Assembly (NCBI GenBank): GCA_947591045.1 | Contig: CANQCV010000001.1 | Location: 20,556 to 84,555 of the forward strand | Origin: an uncultured Clostridia bacterium | Lineage (GTDB): Bacteria; Bacillota; Clostridia; TANB77; CAG-508 | DNA: 64,000 nucleotides | Direction: 5' to 3' | Part shown: positions 17,380 to 27,019 of the stretch, one piece after another | Layout: each line of letters opens with the position of its first letter | Position numbering within the stretch: position 1 is the first letter of the stretch | The notes under the pieces: model-generated | What the model saw: the letters and a program-made list of their open reading frames with translations, nothing else | Told to the model about the DNA's origin: nothing | Database searches by the model: none | Made by a program: the position numbers and the translations under genes

Positions 17380-18309
17380 CTATTCTAATACAGTTTTAGC
17401 AATAGTTTCTGCATCTATTTTAAAATACTTTATTAGCTCTTCTGCTTTACCTGAACGCCCGAAACAATCTTTGATTCCAACTCTTGCAACCTTTGTAGGA
17501 TATTTTTCTGATAACACCTCACATACTGCTGAACCAAGTCCTCCTATAATACTATGGTCTTCTACAGTAACTATTTTTTTAGTTTCTTTTGCACACTTTA
17601 TAATTAATTCTTCATCTATTGGTTTAATAGTATGAATATCAACTACTCTAACAAATACGCCTTTTTCTTCTAGTAGTTTTTGTGCTTTTATCGCCTCTGA
17701 TACGCAAAGTCCTGTAGCTATAATTGTACCATCAGTTCCTTCTCCTATTTGAACTCCTTTTCCAAATTCAAACTTTTGGTTTTCTTCATAAATTACTGGT
17801 GTAGCGAGTCTACATAAACGCAAATATACAGGTCCTTTTATTTTTGAAATTTCCTCTACCGCCCATTTAGTTTGAATATCATCTGATGTACACATAACTT
17901 TCATATTAGGCATTGTCCTCATAAGGCTTATATCTTCTAACATTTGATGTGTAGCTCCATCTTCTCCTACTGAAATTCCTGCGTGTGTACCACATATTTT
18001 TACATTCAAATTAGGATATGCAATACTGGCTCTAATTTGGTCATATGCTCTTCCCACTGCAAACACAGCAAAAGAACTTGCATATGGTATCTTACCAAAG
18101 GTAGAAAGTCCTGCTGCAATTCCAATCATATTAGCCTCTGCAATTCCCACATCAATAAATCTATCTGGGAATTTTTTCGCAAACATTTCTGTTTTAGTTG
18201 CTGTTGATAAATCAGCATCTAAAACAACAACATTTTTATTTTTCTCGCCTAATTTAACTAATTCTTCTCCATAACTTTGTCTTGTAGCAATTTTTTTATC
18301 TATATCCAT
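17380..18309 (-). CDS. transketolase, C-terminal (pyrimidine-binding) subunit
   Basis: 309 aa with the DVGIAEANMIGIAAGL motif, paired with the N-terminal subunit gene. Confidence 0.85.
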   Translation of the reverse strand: MDIDKKIATRQSYGEELVKLGEKNKNVVVLDADLSTATKTEMFAKKFPDRFIDVGIAEANMIGIAAGLSTFGKIPYASSFAVFAVGRAYDQIRASIAYPNLNVKICGTHAGISVGEDGATHQMLEDISLMRTMPNMKVMCTSDDIQTKWAVEEISKIKGPVYLRLCRLATPVIYEENQKFEFGKGVQIGEGTDGTIIATGLCVSEAIKAQKLLEEKGVFVRVVDIHTIKPIDEELIIKCAKETKKIVTVEDHSIIGGLGSAVCEVLSEKYPTKVARVGIKDCFGRSGKAEELIKYFKIDAETIAKTVLE

Positions 18310-18336
18310 TTTTAGAAAACCATTCCTTTCTTTATA

Positions 18337-19173
18337 TTATTGGTTAAATTCTAATGTATCTAGTTCTGTCATTGCTTTATTGTATTCCTCTTCATTTGGT
18401 GCTTTACCATGCCAATCTGCTTTTCCCTCCATATATGAGATACCTTTTCCCTTAATTGTATTTGCTATAATCATAGTTGGTACACCTTTTGTTTGCTTTG
18501 CGGTATTAAAACAATCTATTAATGAATTAATGTTGTGTCCGTCTACTTGAAGTACAGAAAAGCCAAAACTTTTGAATTTTCCCTCTACATTGTCTAATCC
18601 AGAAACATCTTCTACTCTTCCATCAATTTGCAAATGATTATAATCTAAAATTACACACAAATTATCCAAGTGATACTTATATGCCATCATACAAGCCTCC
18701 CAGATTTGTCCTTCATCTATTTCTCCGTCTCCTATAATACAATAAACTCTACAACCTGCTCCATTCATTTTAGATGCAAGAGCCATTCCAACAGAAGCGG
18801 ATAGCCCCTGTCCTAATGAACCTGTTGTCATATCTACTCCTGGAACCTTTACCATATCTGGATGTCCCTGTAAGAAACTATTTATATTCCTAAAACTTTT
18901 CAAATTTTCTTTATCAAAATAACCTTTTTCTGCAAGCACACTATATAAAGCAGGTGAACAGTGTCCTTTTGATAATACTAATCTATCTCTATTTATGTCA
19001 TCTGGCTTTTTTTCATTTACATTCATTTGATTAAAATACAAAACTGCTAGAATATCTGCACATGATAAAGAACCTCCTGGATGACCAGACTTGGCTGAAT
19101 ATACAGCCTCAATTATTCCTTTTCTAACATTGTTTGCCTTCATTTTTAAGGCATCTATATTTGTAATTTTCAA
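18337..19173 (-). CDS. transketolase, N-terminal (TPP-binding) subunit
   Basis: 278 aa with SGHPGGSLS and GDGEIDEGQIWEA motifs. Confidence 0.85.
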   Translation of the reverse strand: MKITNIDALKMKANNVRKGIIEAVYSAKSGHPGGSLSCADILAVLYFNQMNVNEKKPDDINRDRLVLSKGHCSPALYSVLAEKGYFDKENLKSFRNINSFLQGHPDMVKVPGVDMTTGSLGQGLSASVGMALASKMNGAGCRVYCIIGDGEIDEGQIWEACMMAYKYHLDNLCVILDYNHLQIDGRVEDVSGLDNVEGKFKSFGFSVLQVDGHNINSLIDCFNTAKQTKGVPTMIIANTIKGKGISYMEGKADWHGKAPNEEEYNKAMTELDTLEFNQ

Positions 19174-19268
19174 ATTTATCCCTCCTTGCTTTTTTTAGAG
19201 TATATCATAAACACATAATAAAAAACAATGCTTTAAAAAATATAAGCATTGTTTTTTATTAATTTTAA

Positions 19269-22148
19269 TTATTCTACTACACTATTTTCCATTATCATAT
19301 TTGCAATTACATTTTCCTCTTGTTTCTTTTTTTCTTCTTCCTTTACAGTTTTATTTAATTGATCTATTAACTCTTGTAGTCTCTTTACATCTTTTCCTAT
19401 TAGCTCTAAATCTCCATTTGAAGTTGATTGTTTTAAATTATTATTTGCTTTTATAATCGCTTCTATCAAATCTTCTTCATTATCTGGGTTTTCAATTTCA
19501 ATATTAACTGCATAGCTTGAAACTAAATTTGATAAGGCTTCTTTTAATGTATCTCCTATAGCAAGTTTATTTCCTGATGCTACTATTACCTTTTTTAAAG
19601 TTAGTGTAGAATCTGTTTCATTAACATATTGTTGATAAATAGGCTCCACATATAAAAGAGTATTATCAATAGGCACTATTATCATGTTTTTAGTTATTCT
19701 GGTGCCATTTACATTTAATGTTTGTAGTTCTGCTGATATTTTTTCATCTTGCTCTATTTGTGTATCTAATTGCATTGGTCCTAAAACACTGCTATCTGTA
19801 GAAAATTTATATACACATAATTTTGGTTTTCCATCTTCATAAGTTGCTACCATGTATGAAATAATATTTTGCTTTTCATATGGTGTAAATGGTAATACAA
19901 GTCCAAGCTTTTCTTCAGTATTTTCTATGGTTTTTACCATTGTATAATAAGGTTCAATATCTGTACCGGTTTTATTAGATAATTTACTTGTATTATGTGT
20001 TGCTACATCCCATACATCATCACCTCTATATAATACATCTGCTTGAATATTATGATATCTTTGCATCATATCTGCTTGAATTTTGTATAAAAACTGTGGA
20101 TATACAAATTGATCGCTTATGTCTTCTGGTATTTGCTCTTCTGTAAATAAATCTGGATAAATCTTTTCATATGCACTTGCTATTGGATCTGCAATATCTG
20201 TAACATAGAATCTTATTGTTCCATCATATGCATCAATTAATACTTTTATAGAATTTCTAATATAGTTAAATTCTAATTTATTAATATTATCAATTTGTAA
20301 TATTGTTTTCTGTGCGTATGGATAATAATTAGATGTAGTATATGCATCTAAAACCCATACTAGCCTTCCGTCGTCACTTACTACCATATATGGATTATCG
20401 TCATACAATAAATATGGCATTACTGTCTTTGCTCTATCTATTATATTTCTATTAGTCAATATTTTACTGTCCTGATTTACATTAGCAGAAAGAGCAAGTC
20501 TTAAATCTCCTTCTTTTATACCTATTATAAATCTGTCTAAAAATCCTAGGCTTAGTCCTGCTTTACCATCATATGTATTCTTTGAAGTTTGAGAAGTAGT
20601 AGATGATAATATTGGATAATCAAATTCTTTTCTGTTGTTGCTGTTTGTTACAATATTATTGTTTGTTTGAATTCCAAAGTATATCCTTGGTTGGCTAACA
20701 GAAACAATATCTTTATCAGACGAATCAAAGCCTTTTTGTAATTTTTTTAAATTTCCACTATTATTAACAGATACTGCTGATGTGATAACTAAACCATATC
20801 CATGTGTATATTCATATGTTTTATTATTATATGTTCCACTACTATTTATTTCTCTTGGTGAAATATACATAAGCTCATATTTGCCATTATTGTTATGTCT
20901 TGCAATTTGTGTAGAATGATATGTATAATAGCCTTTTTCTGTTTGAACAGCATTTAAATCCTTAATTACTGTATCTTTGTCTACAATAGGAATATTGTCC
21001 ACAGTTTTAGAATAATTTTCTAACATTTGCTCTGTTATTGTGGCTCCTCCATTTGCAATACTAATCTCTTCTGCATTAATTCCATATGCATCTTTTGTAT
21101 TTTTTATATTTCTTTCAATATTAGCCTTTTCTTTATCTAGCTCATTTGGTGTAATAAAAGCTACTTGAAATACAAATATTATTAACAATAGGCTAACAAG
21201 ATATGTTGGCACAGCAGCAATGCTTAAAATAACTTTTTTTGTTTTTCCATTGTTAAAAAATCTAATAGCCATATAAACAGATATTATAATAATAATTGGA
21301 AGTATTCTGTAACCCCATAACTTAATTGTGACATCTGTAAGTCCTGCACCATATATTGAATATGATGTATCTTCTTGTAATGTCATAAACTTTTCAAATC
21401 CAATATTTTGTGTATGTATAAATGTAAGTCCTGCAAGAAGTATTGCTGCAATCATAATATTATTTAATAATTGTTTCAATATTTTGCTCTTTTTCAAGGT
21501 TTCCCTTGATATTCCTTCAAAATATATGTTAAATGCTGCAATATAGTAAATAACATTATAGATTGTAATTCCAATAACCAATAAAAGCATATAAATAATC
21601 ATAAATTCAATAAAAGGTTTTTGGAACATAAAATAACCTATATCATGTCCAAATATTGGATCTAATACTTCAAATGATGTTTTATTCATAAATAGCATAT
21701 ATGTATTTAATATAATTTTTGATGTAATACTACTTACTATAATAGAAAGAATAAAAGCTATTGATTTATTAGGCATTTTTGGCATTACTCTTTTTTCTTC
21801 ATCAAAAAACACTTTCAACTTTCTTTTTATCCTATAATTGTTTGCATATATAATAATAAACAATATAATAAAGTTAATTCCAAATGTTATTGCAGTAGAA
21901 TTAAAATTTTGCCAAAATATACTAACATATTGCTCGCCTATTTCTTTAATTTCTAAGTATTCTCCTCTAAAAATGATGTAGCCTATTATCAATGTAAGAA
22001 GTATAAATAAAAGAACAACATACATTCTAACTTTACTCTTTTTTACTTTTGCTTCTTCTTTAGTCTTTTCTTCCGCTTTAGCAGCTCTTAGTTCATTTTT
22101 TATTTCTTCTTTTGAGACTTCTTTTACTTGATTAATATTATCATCCAT
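19269..22148 (-). CDS. UPF0182 family large membrane protein
   Basis: 959 aa. The N-terminal third has about 7 TM helices and is followed by a large extracytoplasmic domain. This size and layout is typical of UPF0182. Confidence 0.65.
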   Translation of the reverse strand: MDDNINQVKEVSKEEIKNELRAAKAEEKTKEEAKVKKSKVRMYVVLLFILLTLIIGYIIFRGEYLEIKEIGEQYVSIFWQNFNSTAITFGINFIILFIIIYANNYRIKRKLKVFFDEEKRVMPKMPNKSIAFILSIIVSSITSKIILNTYMLFMNKTSFEVLDPIFGHDIGYFMFQKPFIEFMIIYMLLLVIGITIYNVIYYIAAFNIYFEGISRETLKKSKILKQLLNNIMIAAILLAGLTFIHTQNIGFEKFMTLQEDTSYSIYGAGLTDVTIKLWGYRILPIIIIISVYMAIRFFNNGKTKKVILSIAAVPTYLVSLLLIIFVFQVAFITPNELDKEKANIERNIKNTKDAYGINAEEISIANGGATITEQMLENYSKTVDNIPIVDKDTVIKDLNAVQTEKGYYTYHSTQIARHNNNGKYELMYISPREINSSGTYNNKTYEYTHGYGLVITSAVSVNNSGNLKKLQKGFDSSDKDIVSVSQPRIYFGIQTNNNIVTNSNNRKEFDYPILSSTTSQTSKNTYDGKAGLSLGFLDRFIIGIKEGDLRLALSANVNQDSKILTNRNIIDRAKTVMPYLLYDDNPYMVVSDDGRLVWVLDAYTTSNYYPYAQKTILQIDNINKLEFNYIRNSIKVLIDAYDGTIRFYVTDIADPIASAYEKIYPDLFTEEQIPEDISDQFVYPQFLYKIQADMMQRYHNIQADVLYRGDDVWDVATHNTSKLSNKTGTDIEPYYTMVKTIENTEEKLGLVLPFTPYEKQNIISYMVATYEDGKPKLCVYKFSTDSSVLGPMQLDTQIEQDEKISAELQTLNVNGTRITKNMIIVPIDNTLLYVEPIYQQYVNETDSTLTLKKVIVASGNKLAIGDTLKEALSNLVSSYAVNIEIENPDNEEDLIEAIIKANNNLKQSTSNGDLELIGKDVKRLQELIDQLNKTVKEEEKKKQEENVIANMIMENSVVE

Positions 22149-22175
22149 ATTAAAACTCCTTATCTTTTAAAAAAG

Positions 22176-23081
22176 TTATATTAGTGCATTAACAAAATCA
22201 GTACTATTAAAAATCTCCATATCATCTATTTTTTCTCCGACACCAACAAATTTTACAGGCATTTGATTTTCTGAAACAATGCCAATAACAACTCCTCCTT
22301 TTGCTGTGCCATCTAGTTTGGTTAAAATTAAACCTGTAATATCTACTGTTTCTTTAAATGCTTTTACTTGCTCTATTGCATTTTGACCAGTAGTAGCATC
22401 TAAAACCATTAAAAATTCTTTTGAAGCATCTGGTAATTCTTTGTCAATTATTCTTTTTATTTTTATTAATTCATCCATTAAATATTTTTTATTATGTAAT
22501 CTTCCTGCCGTATCGCAAATTAATACATCTGCTTGCTTTTCCTTTGTTATTTTTATTGCATCATATACAACTGATGCAGGATCGGCACCTTCTTCTTTTT
22601 TTACAATATCACAACCTGCACGATTTGCCCAAATTTCTAGTTGTTCAACTGCTGCTGCTCTAAATGTATCTGCTGCTGCAACTACAACTTTTTTTCCGTC
22701 TTGTTTTAATCTGTTTGCTATTTTTCCAATAGAAGTTGTTTTTCCTACACCATTAACACCAACTACTAAAATAACTGATGGTTTTGTTTCTATTTTTAGG
22801 CTATTATCTACTGAATCAAATATTTCTTTTATTTCCTCTCGTAAAGCCTGTCTTACTCCTTCTTCATCTTGTATATTTTCTTTTTTAATTCTATCTCTTA
22901 ATTTTGATACAATCTCTGTTGCGGTTTTTACTCCCACATCAGACATAATTAAAGCATCTTCTAGCTCTTCTAATAATTCTTCGTCAACTTTTCTAAAATT
23001 GCTAAAAACATTATTCATCTTTTCTTCAAAAGATGTTTTTGTCTTGTTTAAACCTTGTTTTAATTTATCAAAAAAACCCAT
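22176..23081 (-). CDS. ftsY: signal recognition particle receptor FtsY
   Basis: MGFFDKLKQGLNKTK start (SD GGAGGG) at 23081. NG domain with GVNGVGKTTSIGK, DTAGR and TKLDGTAKGG. Confidence 0.9.
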   Translation of the reverse strand: MGFFDKLKQGLNKTKTSFEEKMNNVFSNFRKVDEELLEELEDALIMSDVGVKTATEIVSKLRDRIKKENIQDEEGVRQALREEIKEIFDSVDNSLKIETKPSVILVVGVNGVGKTTSIGKIANRLKQDGKKVVVAAADTFRAAAVEQLEIWANRAGCDIVKKEEGADPASVVYDAIKITKEKQADVLICDTAGRLHNKKYLMDELIKIKRIIDKELPDASKEFLMVLDATTGQNAIEQVKAFKETVDITGLILTKLDGTAKGGVVIGIVSENQMPVKFVGVGEKIDDMEIFNSTDFVNALI

Positions 23082-23260
23082 ATTCCCTCCATCTTGTAAA
23101 TATAACATATTTAGTATACCATAGATTTCCAAAAATGTATACTTTTATTGTTAAATATCAGTTAATTTTAATATTTTTTTAATATATTAAAAAAATAAAT
23201 TATAAAAAACATAGAAAAATCTAAAATAGTATGATACAATAAAAATGTTAACAAAATTGT

Positions 23261-23336
23261 GCCAATATAGCTCAGTTGGTAGAGCAACGGATTCGTAACC
23301 CGTAGGTCAGCAGTTCGATTCTGCTTATTGGCTCCA
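23261..23336 (+). tRNA. tRNA-Thr (CGT)
   Basis: GCCAATATAGCTCAGTTGGTAGAGCAACGGATTCGTAACCCGT...GTTCGATTCTGCTTATTGGCTCCA. The anticodon loop is TTCGTAA. Confidence 0.85.
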
Positions 23337-23343
23337 TTAAAAT

Positions 23344-23372
23344 TTGAAAATAATGTTAAAATGTGATATAAT
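23344..23372 (+). promoter_or_regulatory. sigma-A type promoter with extended -10
   Basis: TTGAAA, a 17-nt spacer, then TGaTATAAT at 23364..23372. Confidence 0.55.
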
Positions 23373-23400
23373 AAATTAATACCGGTTTGGTTATGCATCA

Positions 23401-23415
23401 TCACTTTGACCTGTC
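23401..23415. repeat. left arm of a perfect 15-bp inverted repeat (TCACTTTGACCTGTC)
   Basis: Exact reverse complement of 23812..23826. It lies in the 5' UTR of the small HTH gene. Confidence 0.9.
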
Positions 23416-23458
23416 GTATAATACTTGTGTAGTGTACATTGAAAAGGAGATTATTCTT

Positions 23459-23728
23459 GTGAGAAAATCAGTAAACAATGCGACCAGAGCAACTAAAGTA
23501 ATTCGGATGATTCAACGCAATGGATTAACTTGGAAAGAAGTAGCCACGGAAATGAAGCTTTCTGTGTCTTATCTTCAACAAATCCTAAGGTCTTACTATA
23601 AGTCTGAAAAGGCTTATAACAATCTTCTTGCCAAAGGCAGAGCCAACAAAAAGGCAAAAAAGAAAGCCCAGATCCTATGGAGTAGTTACACTATGTTGCC
23701 ATTTGTGGAGCATGGGATATGCAATTAA
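23459..23728 (+). CDS. small HTH-like DNA-binding protein (hypothetical)
   Basis: GTG start 9 nt after AAGGAG. It carries an HTH-like segment LTWKEVATEMKLSVSYLQQIL and a basic tail KGRANKKAKKKA. G+C is higher than in the flanks. Confidence 0.4.
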   Translation: MRKSVNNATRATKVIRMIQRNGLTWKEVATEMKLSVSYLQQILRSYYKSEKAYNNLLAKGRANKKAKKKAQILWSSYTMLPFVEHGICN

Positions 23729-23811
23729 TCTATTGACTAATTCTCGAGAAATCGAAGAATTGGTCAATCTCCAAGGAATTGATGTTACTGTAGTTCGTAG
23801 CTAACCGGTAA

Positions 23812-23826
23812 GACAGGTCAAAGTGA
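23812..23826. repeat. right arm of the perfect 15-bp inverted repeat (GACAGGTCAAAGTGA)
   Basis: It lies in the 3' UTR just before the terminator. Confidence 0.9.
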
Positions 23827-23830
23827 GAAG

Positions 23831-23861
23831 AGAGCCTATTCACTTAGGCTCTTTTTCTTTT
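23831..23861 (+). terminator. intrinsic terminator
   Basis: AGAGCCTA-ttcact-TAGGCTCT followed by TTTTCTTTT. Confidence 0.7.
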
Positions 23862-23896
23862 GCAATTATAAAAATACACGAAGAAGTCCTTTTGCT

Positions 23897-24613
23897 TTAG
23901 AGCAAAAGGACCTTTTCGTAAAATCGGATAATCTTTGCATATTTTTCTTGCAAATAGCTTAACTCTGGTTTGTTGCTAGAATATACAAAATACAGATCAT
24001 AGCATCTAATTTGCGATTGCAAAAATGCAATCTGTTTTTGTAAGCAATCTAACAAGGCTTCTTTATTCTTTTCCCTTCTTTCCATGATTTGGTTTAACTC
24101 ATCTCCTACAAATACATTTATCGATTTAACTGTATTTGCATCAAAAATTAGTGAAGTTATACCTTTTCTTAACAAGTACTTGATTGCGTACTCGCCACAA
24201 TCATATGCAATTGCTATTCTTTTTATTCCAACTCCTTCCAAATATTTGTAGCCAATGTCCTTAATTTCCTCGACAGAAAACGAATCTAAAAATTGTTTCC
24301 GCTCATAAAGGAGCTGACTATAGTGGGCAAGAGTTTTTCTTGAACTGCTTTGGTAGTTGTTTCTACTACTATTGATAGAAGATTTCTTCTTTAGCTTTTC
24401 CCAAACCTTATCATCTACCAACCCAATAATAATCGCATAATCTCGGGCCTTGTAAAAAGCATCTTTAGGAATATCGTACTTAGAACTGTAGAATGAACAC
24501 GCAAAATTCGTATCCGAATTTGCATATTCTGTCACAACTTGGGCTATGGCGTCATTAGAAAGAGAGTAGCGAGCCTTAAAGTCAACAAACTTCTTGCAAA
24601 TATCCTTTTTCAT
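23897..24613 (-). CDS. hypothetical protein (higher-GC islet)
   Basis: Likely start is ATG 24613, preceded by AAGGGAGG; the track start 24727 lacks an SD. 238 aa, no family recognised. Confidence 0.4.
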   Translation of the reverse strand: MKKDICKKFVDFKARYSLSNDAIAQVVTEYANSDTNFACSFYSSKYDIPKDAFYKARDYAIIIGLVDDKVWEKLKKKSSINSSRNNYQSSSRKTLAHYSQLLYERKQFLDSFSVEEIKDIGYKYLEGVGIKRIAIAYDCGEYAIKYLLRKGITSLIFDANTVKSINVFVGDELNQIMERREKNKEALLDCLQKQIAFLQSQIRCYDLYFVYSSNKPELSYLQEKYAKIIRFYEKVLLL

Positions 24614-24793
24614 GTTGATATTTCCTCCCTTAATTAAAATGAGAAAGACTATACCATTTACAATATTTATTATATAACATTTTATGTAAATAGTCAATTT
24701 GTCATAATAATACACAATTTTTTTCAATTTTTAAGTGACATTTACAACAATATATGATAAAATAAGTTCGTAATTCAAATGGAGGTTTTTTAT

Positions 24794-26002
24794 ATGACAA
24801 AAATATTTGATGAATTAGTAGAAAGAGGTTATATTGAACAAATTACTCATGAAGAACTTAAAGATGTTTTAAATAATAAATCAGTTCCATTTTATATTGG
24901 GTTTGATCCTACTGCTGATAGTCTTCATGTAGGTCATTTTGTATCTATGATGGTTGCATCACACATGCAAAAAGCAGGTCATAAACCAATTATTTTAATT
25001 GGTGGTGGAACAGCAACTATTGGCGATCCTTCTGGCAAAACAGATATGAGAAAAATGATGTCACGCGAAGAAATAAATCATAATGTAGAATGCTTTAAAA
25101 GACAATTATCTAATTTTTTAAGTTTTGAAGGTGAGAATGCTGCAATTATCGTAAATAATGCAGATTGGTTACTTGATTTAAACTTTATCGAATTTATGAG
25201 AGATATAGGTTCTTTGTTCTCTGTTAATAAAATGCTTACAGCAGAATGTTATAAACAAAGAATGGAAAGAGGTCTTACATTTTTTGAATTAGGCTATATG
25301 CTTATGCAATCTTATGACTTCTTGCATTTGTATAATACATATGGATGTAAATTACAAATGGGTGGAAATGATCAATGGTCAAATATCTTAGGCGGTGTTG
25401 ATTTAATTAGAAGAATTGGACATTCTGATTCATATGGTCTTACATTTAAACTTCTTACTACAAAAGAAGGTAAAAAAATGGGTAAAACAGAAAAAGGTGC
25501 TTTATGGCTTGACGCTAACAAAACTTCTCCTTATGAGTTTTACCAATATTGGAGAAACATTGCAGATGATGATGTTAGAACAGTTCTATCTCTTCTTACA
25601 TTCTTACCAATGAGCGAAGTAAATAGATTATCTTCTCTAAAAGATGTAGAAATTAATGAGGCAAAAAAAGTTGCTGCGTTTGAAATTACAAAGCTAATAC
25701 ATGGTGAAGATGAGGCTTTAAAAGCTCAAGAGGCTGCAAAGGCTTTATTTGAGGGTAATGGCAACTTAGAAAATATGCCTACGACTAAAATAGAAAAAAA
25801 TATATCAATAGTAGAATCAATTGTTCTTTCTGGTCTTGCTCCCTCTAAAGGACAAGCAAAAACTTTAATTGAACAAGGTGGAATTACTTTAAATGATAAC
25901 AAAATTTCAGATACAAATTATGTGCTAACAGATGATGATTTTAAAGAAGGATATGCTATATTAAAAAAAGGTAAAAAAGTATATCATAAATTAGAAAAAT
26001 AA
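24794..26002 (+). CDS. tyrS: tyrosine--tRNA ligase
   Basis: HIGH motif as SLHVGH, KMSKS as KMGKT, and a C-terminal S4-like domain. Start is ATG 24794, after GGAGG. Confidence 0.9.
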   Translation: MTKIFDELVERGYIEQITHEELKDVLNNKSVPFYIGFDPTADSLHVGHFVSMMVASHMQKAGHKPIILIGGGTATIGDPSGKTDMRKMMSREEINHNVECFKRQLSNFLSFEGENAAIIVNNADWLLDLNFIEFMRDIGSLFSVNKMLTAECYKQRMERGLTFFELGYMLMQSYDFLHLYNTYGCKLQMGGNDQWSNILGGVDLIRRIGHSDSYGLTFKLLTTKEGKKMGKTEKGALWLDANKTSPYEFYQYWRNIADDDVRTVLSLLTFLPMSEVNRLSSLKDVEINEAKKVAAFEITKLIHGEDEALKAQEAAKALFEGNGNLENMPTTKIEKNISIVESIVLSGLAPSKGQAKTLIEQGGITLNDNKISDTNYVLTDDDFKEGYAILKKGKKVYHKLEK

Positions 26003-26016
26003 AAGGAGTATTAGAT

Positions 26017-26949
26017 ATGAAAAAAATTTCTATTGTTGTTCCATGTTATAACGAACAAGAGGCTATTCCCTATTTTTATGAAGAAGTACAAAAAGTAAGT
26101 AGCACAATGTCAGATAAGTGTGAATTTGAATTTTTATTCATAAATGATGGTTCAAAAGATGATACACTTAATGTTTTAAAAAATTTAAGTAAAGAAGACT
26201 CACGTGTAAAATATATTTCTTTTTCAAGAAATTTTGGCAAAGAAGCAGCCATGTATGCTGGCTTAAAAGAAGCAACAGGAGATTATGTTGCAATTTTAGA
26301 TGCTGATTTACAAGATCCACCTTCTCTTTTACCTAGTATGTTTGAAACTTTAGAAGAAGGCGAATATGATTGTGTTGCAACAAGACGTGTTACAAGAAAA
26401 GGCGAACCTAAAATTAGATCTTTTTTTGCAAGATTATTTTATAAAATTATGAATGCTATTTCTAATACAGATGTCGTAGATGGTGCTAGGGACTTTCGTT
26501 TTATGACAAGGCAAATGGTAAATGCAATAATAGAAATTAGTGAATATAATAGATTTTCAAAAGGTATTTTTGGTTTTGTAGGTTTTAAAACAAAATGGTT
26601 AGAATATGAAAATATTGAAAGAGTTGCAGGAAAAACTAAATGGTCTTTCTGGAAATTGTTCCTATATTCATTAGAAGGATTTACCGCTTTTTCTACTAAG
26701 CCACTTGTCTTATCTACAATTATGGGAATTCTACTTTGCTTTGTAGCTTTCATTATGGTGATTGTAATTATTTGTAATACATTTATTTTTGGAAATCCTG
26801 TTGGTGGATGGCTTTCTCTTGCCTGCATTATACTTTTTGTTGGTGGTATTCAGCTATTTTGTACAGGTATTATTGGACAATATCTTGCAAAGACTTATTT
26901 AGAAGTAAAGCATAGACCAATTTATATTGTAAAAGAAAGAAATTTTTAA
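26017..26949 (+). CDS. GT2 family polyprenyl-phosphate glycosyltransferase (GtrB/CsbB-like)
   Basis: ISIVVPCYNEQEAI, DGSKDDT and DADLQDPP motifs, plus two C-terminal TM helices. Confidence 0.8.
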   Translation: MKKISIVVPCYNEQEAIPYFYEEVQKVSSTMSDKCEFEFLFINDGSKDDTLNVLKNLSKEDSRVKYISFSRNFGKEAAMYAGLKEATGDYVAILDADLQDPPSLLPSMFETLEEGEYDCVATRRVTRKGEPKIRSFFARLFYKIMNAISNTDVVDGARDFRFMTRQMVNAIIEISEYNRFSKGIFGFVGFKTKWLEYENIERVAGKTKWSFWKLFLYSLEGFTAFSTKPLVLSTIMGILLCFVAFIMVIVIICNTFIFGNPVGGWLSLACIILFVGGIQLFCTGIIGQYLAKTYLEVKHRPIYIVKERNF

Positions 26950-27019
26950 AATAATATTAAGGCAGTATTTCTTATATAAGAAATATTGCCTTTTATAAAT
27001 TTTTGTTTTCTATATATTT

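Noticed and set aside
22441-23124. Long antisense ORFs inside ftsY (22441..23124), ftsX (15824..16342), the ThDP enzyme (31599..32174) and other genes
   Set aside because: They lie opposite well-supported genes with clear family motifs. Their composition is typical of antisense frames in AT-rich DNA.
23168-23404. 78-aa minus-strand ORF
   Set aside because: It overlaps tRNA-Thr (23261..23336) on the opposite strand and has no SD, so it is spurious.
23401-23826. The 15-bp inverted repeats as an invertible promoter switch (inverton)
   Set aside because: No serine or tyrosine recombinase lies nearby. The promoter-like element (23344..23372) lies outside the repeats. The arms also sit exactly in the 5' and 3' UTRs of one ORF, which fits RNA pairing better. 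This is kept as a minor alternative.
23261-24727. An integrated prophage or integrative element at tRNA-Thr
   Set aside because: No integrase or recombinase gene is present. I found no direct repeat of the tRNA 3' end at the far side. Only a roughly 1.3 kb compositional islet can be supported.
24728-24793. Expected T-box leader upstream of tyrS, a T-box for proS and an S-box for metK
   Set aside because: The upstream intergenic spaces are too short, at about 65 nt, 13 nt and 24 nt. They lack the T-box or S-box conserved cores, so no riboswitch is called.
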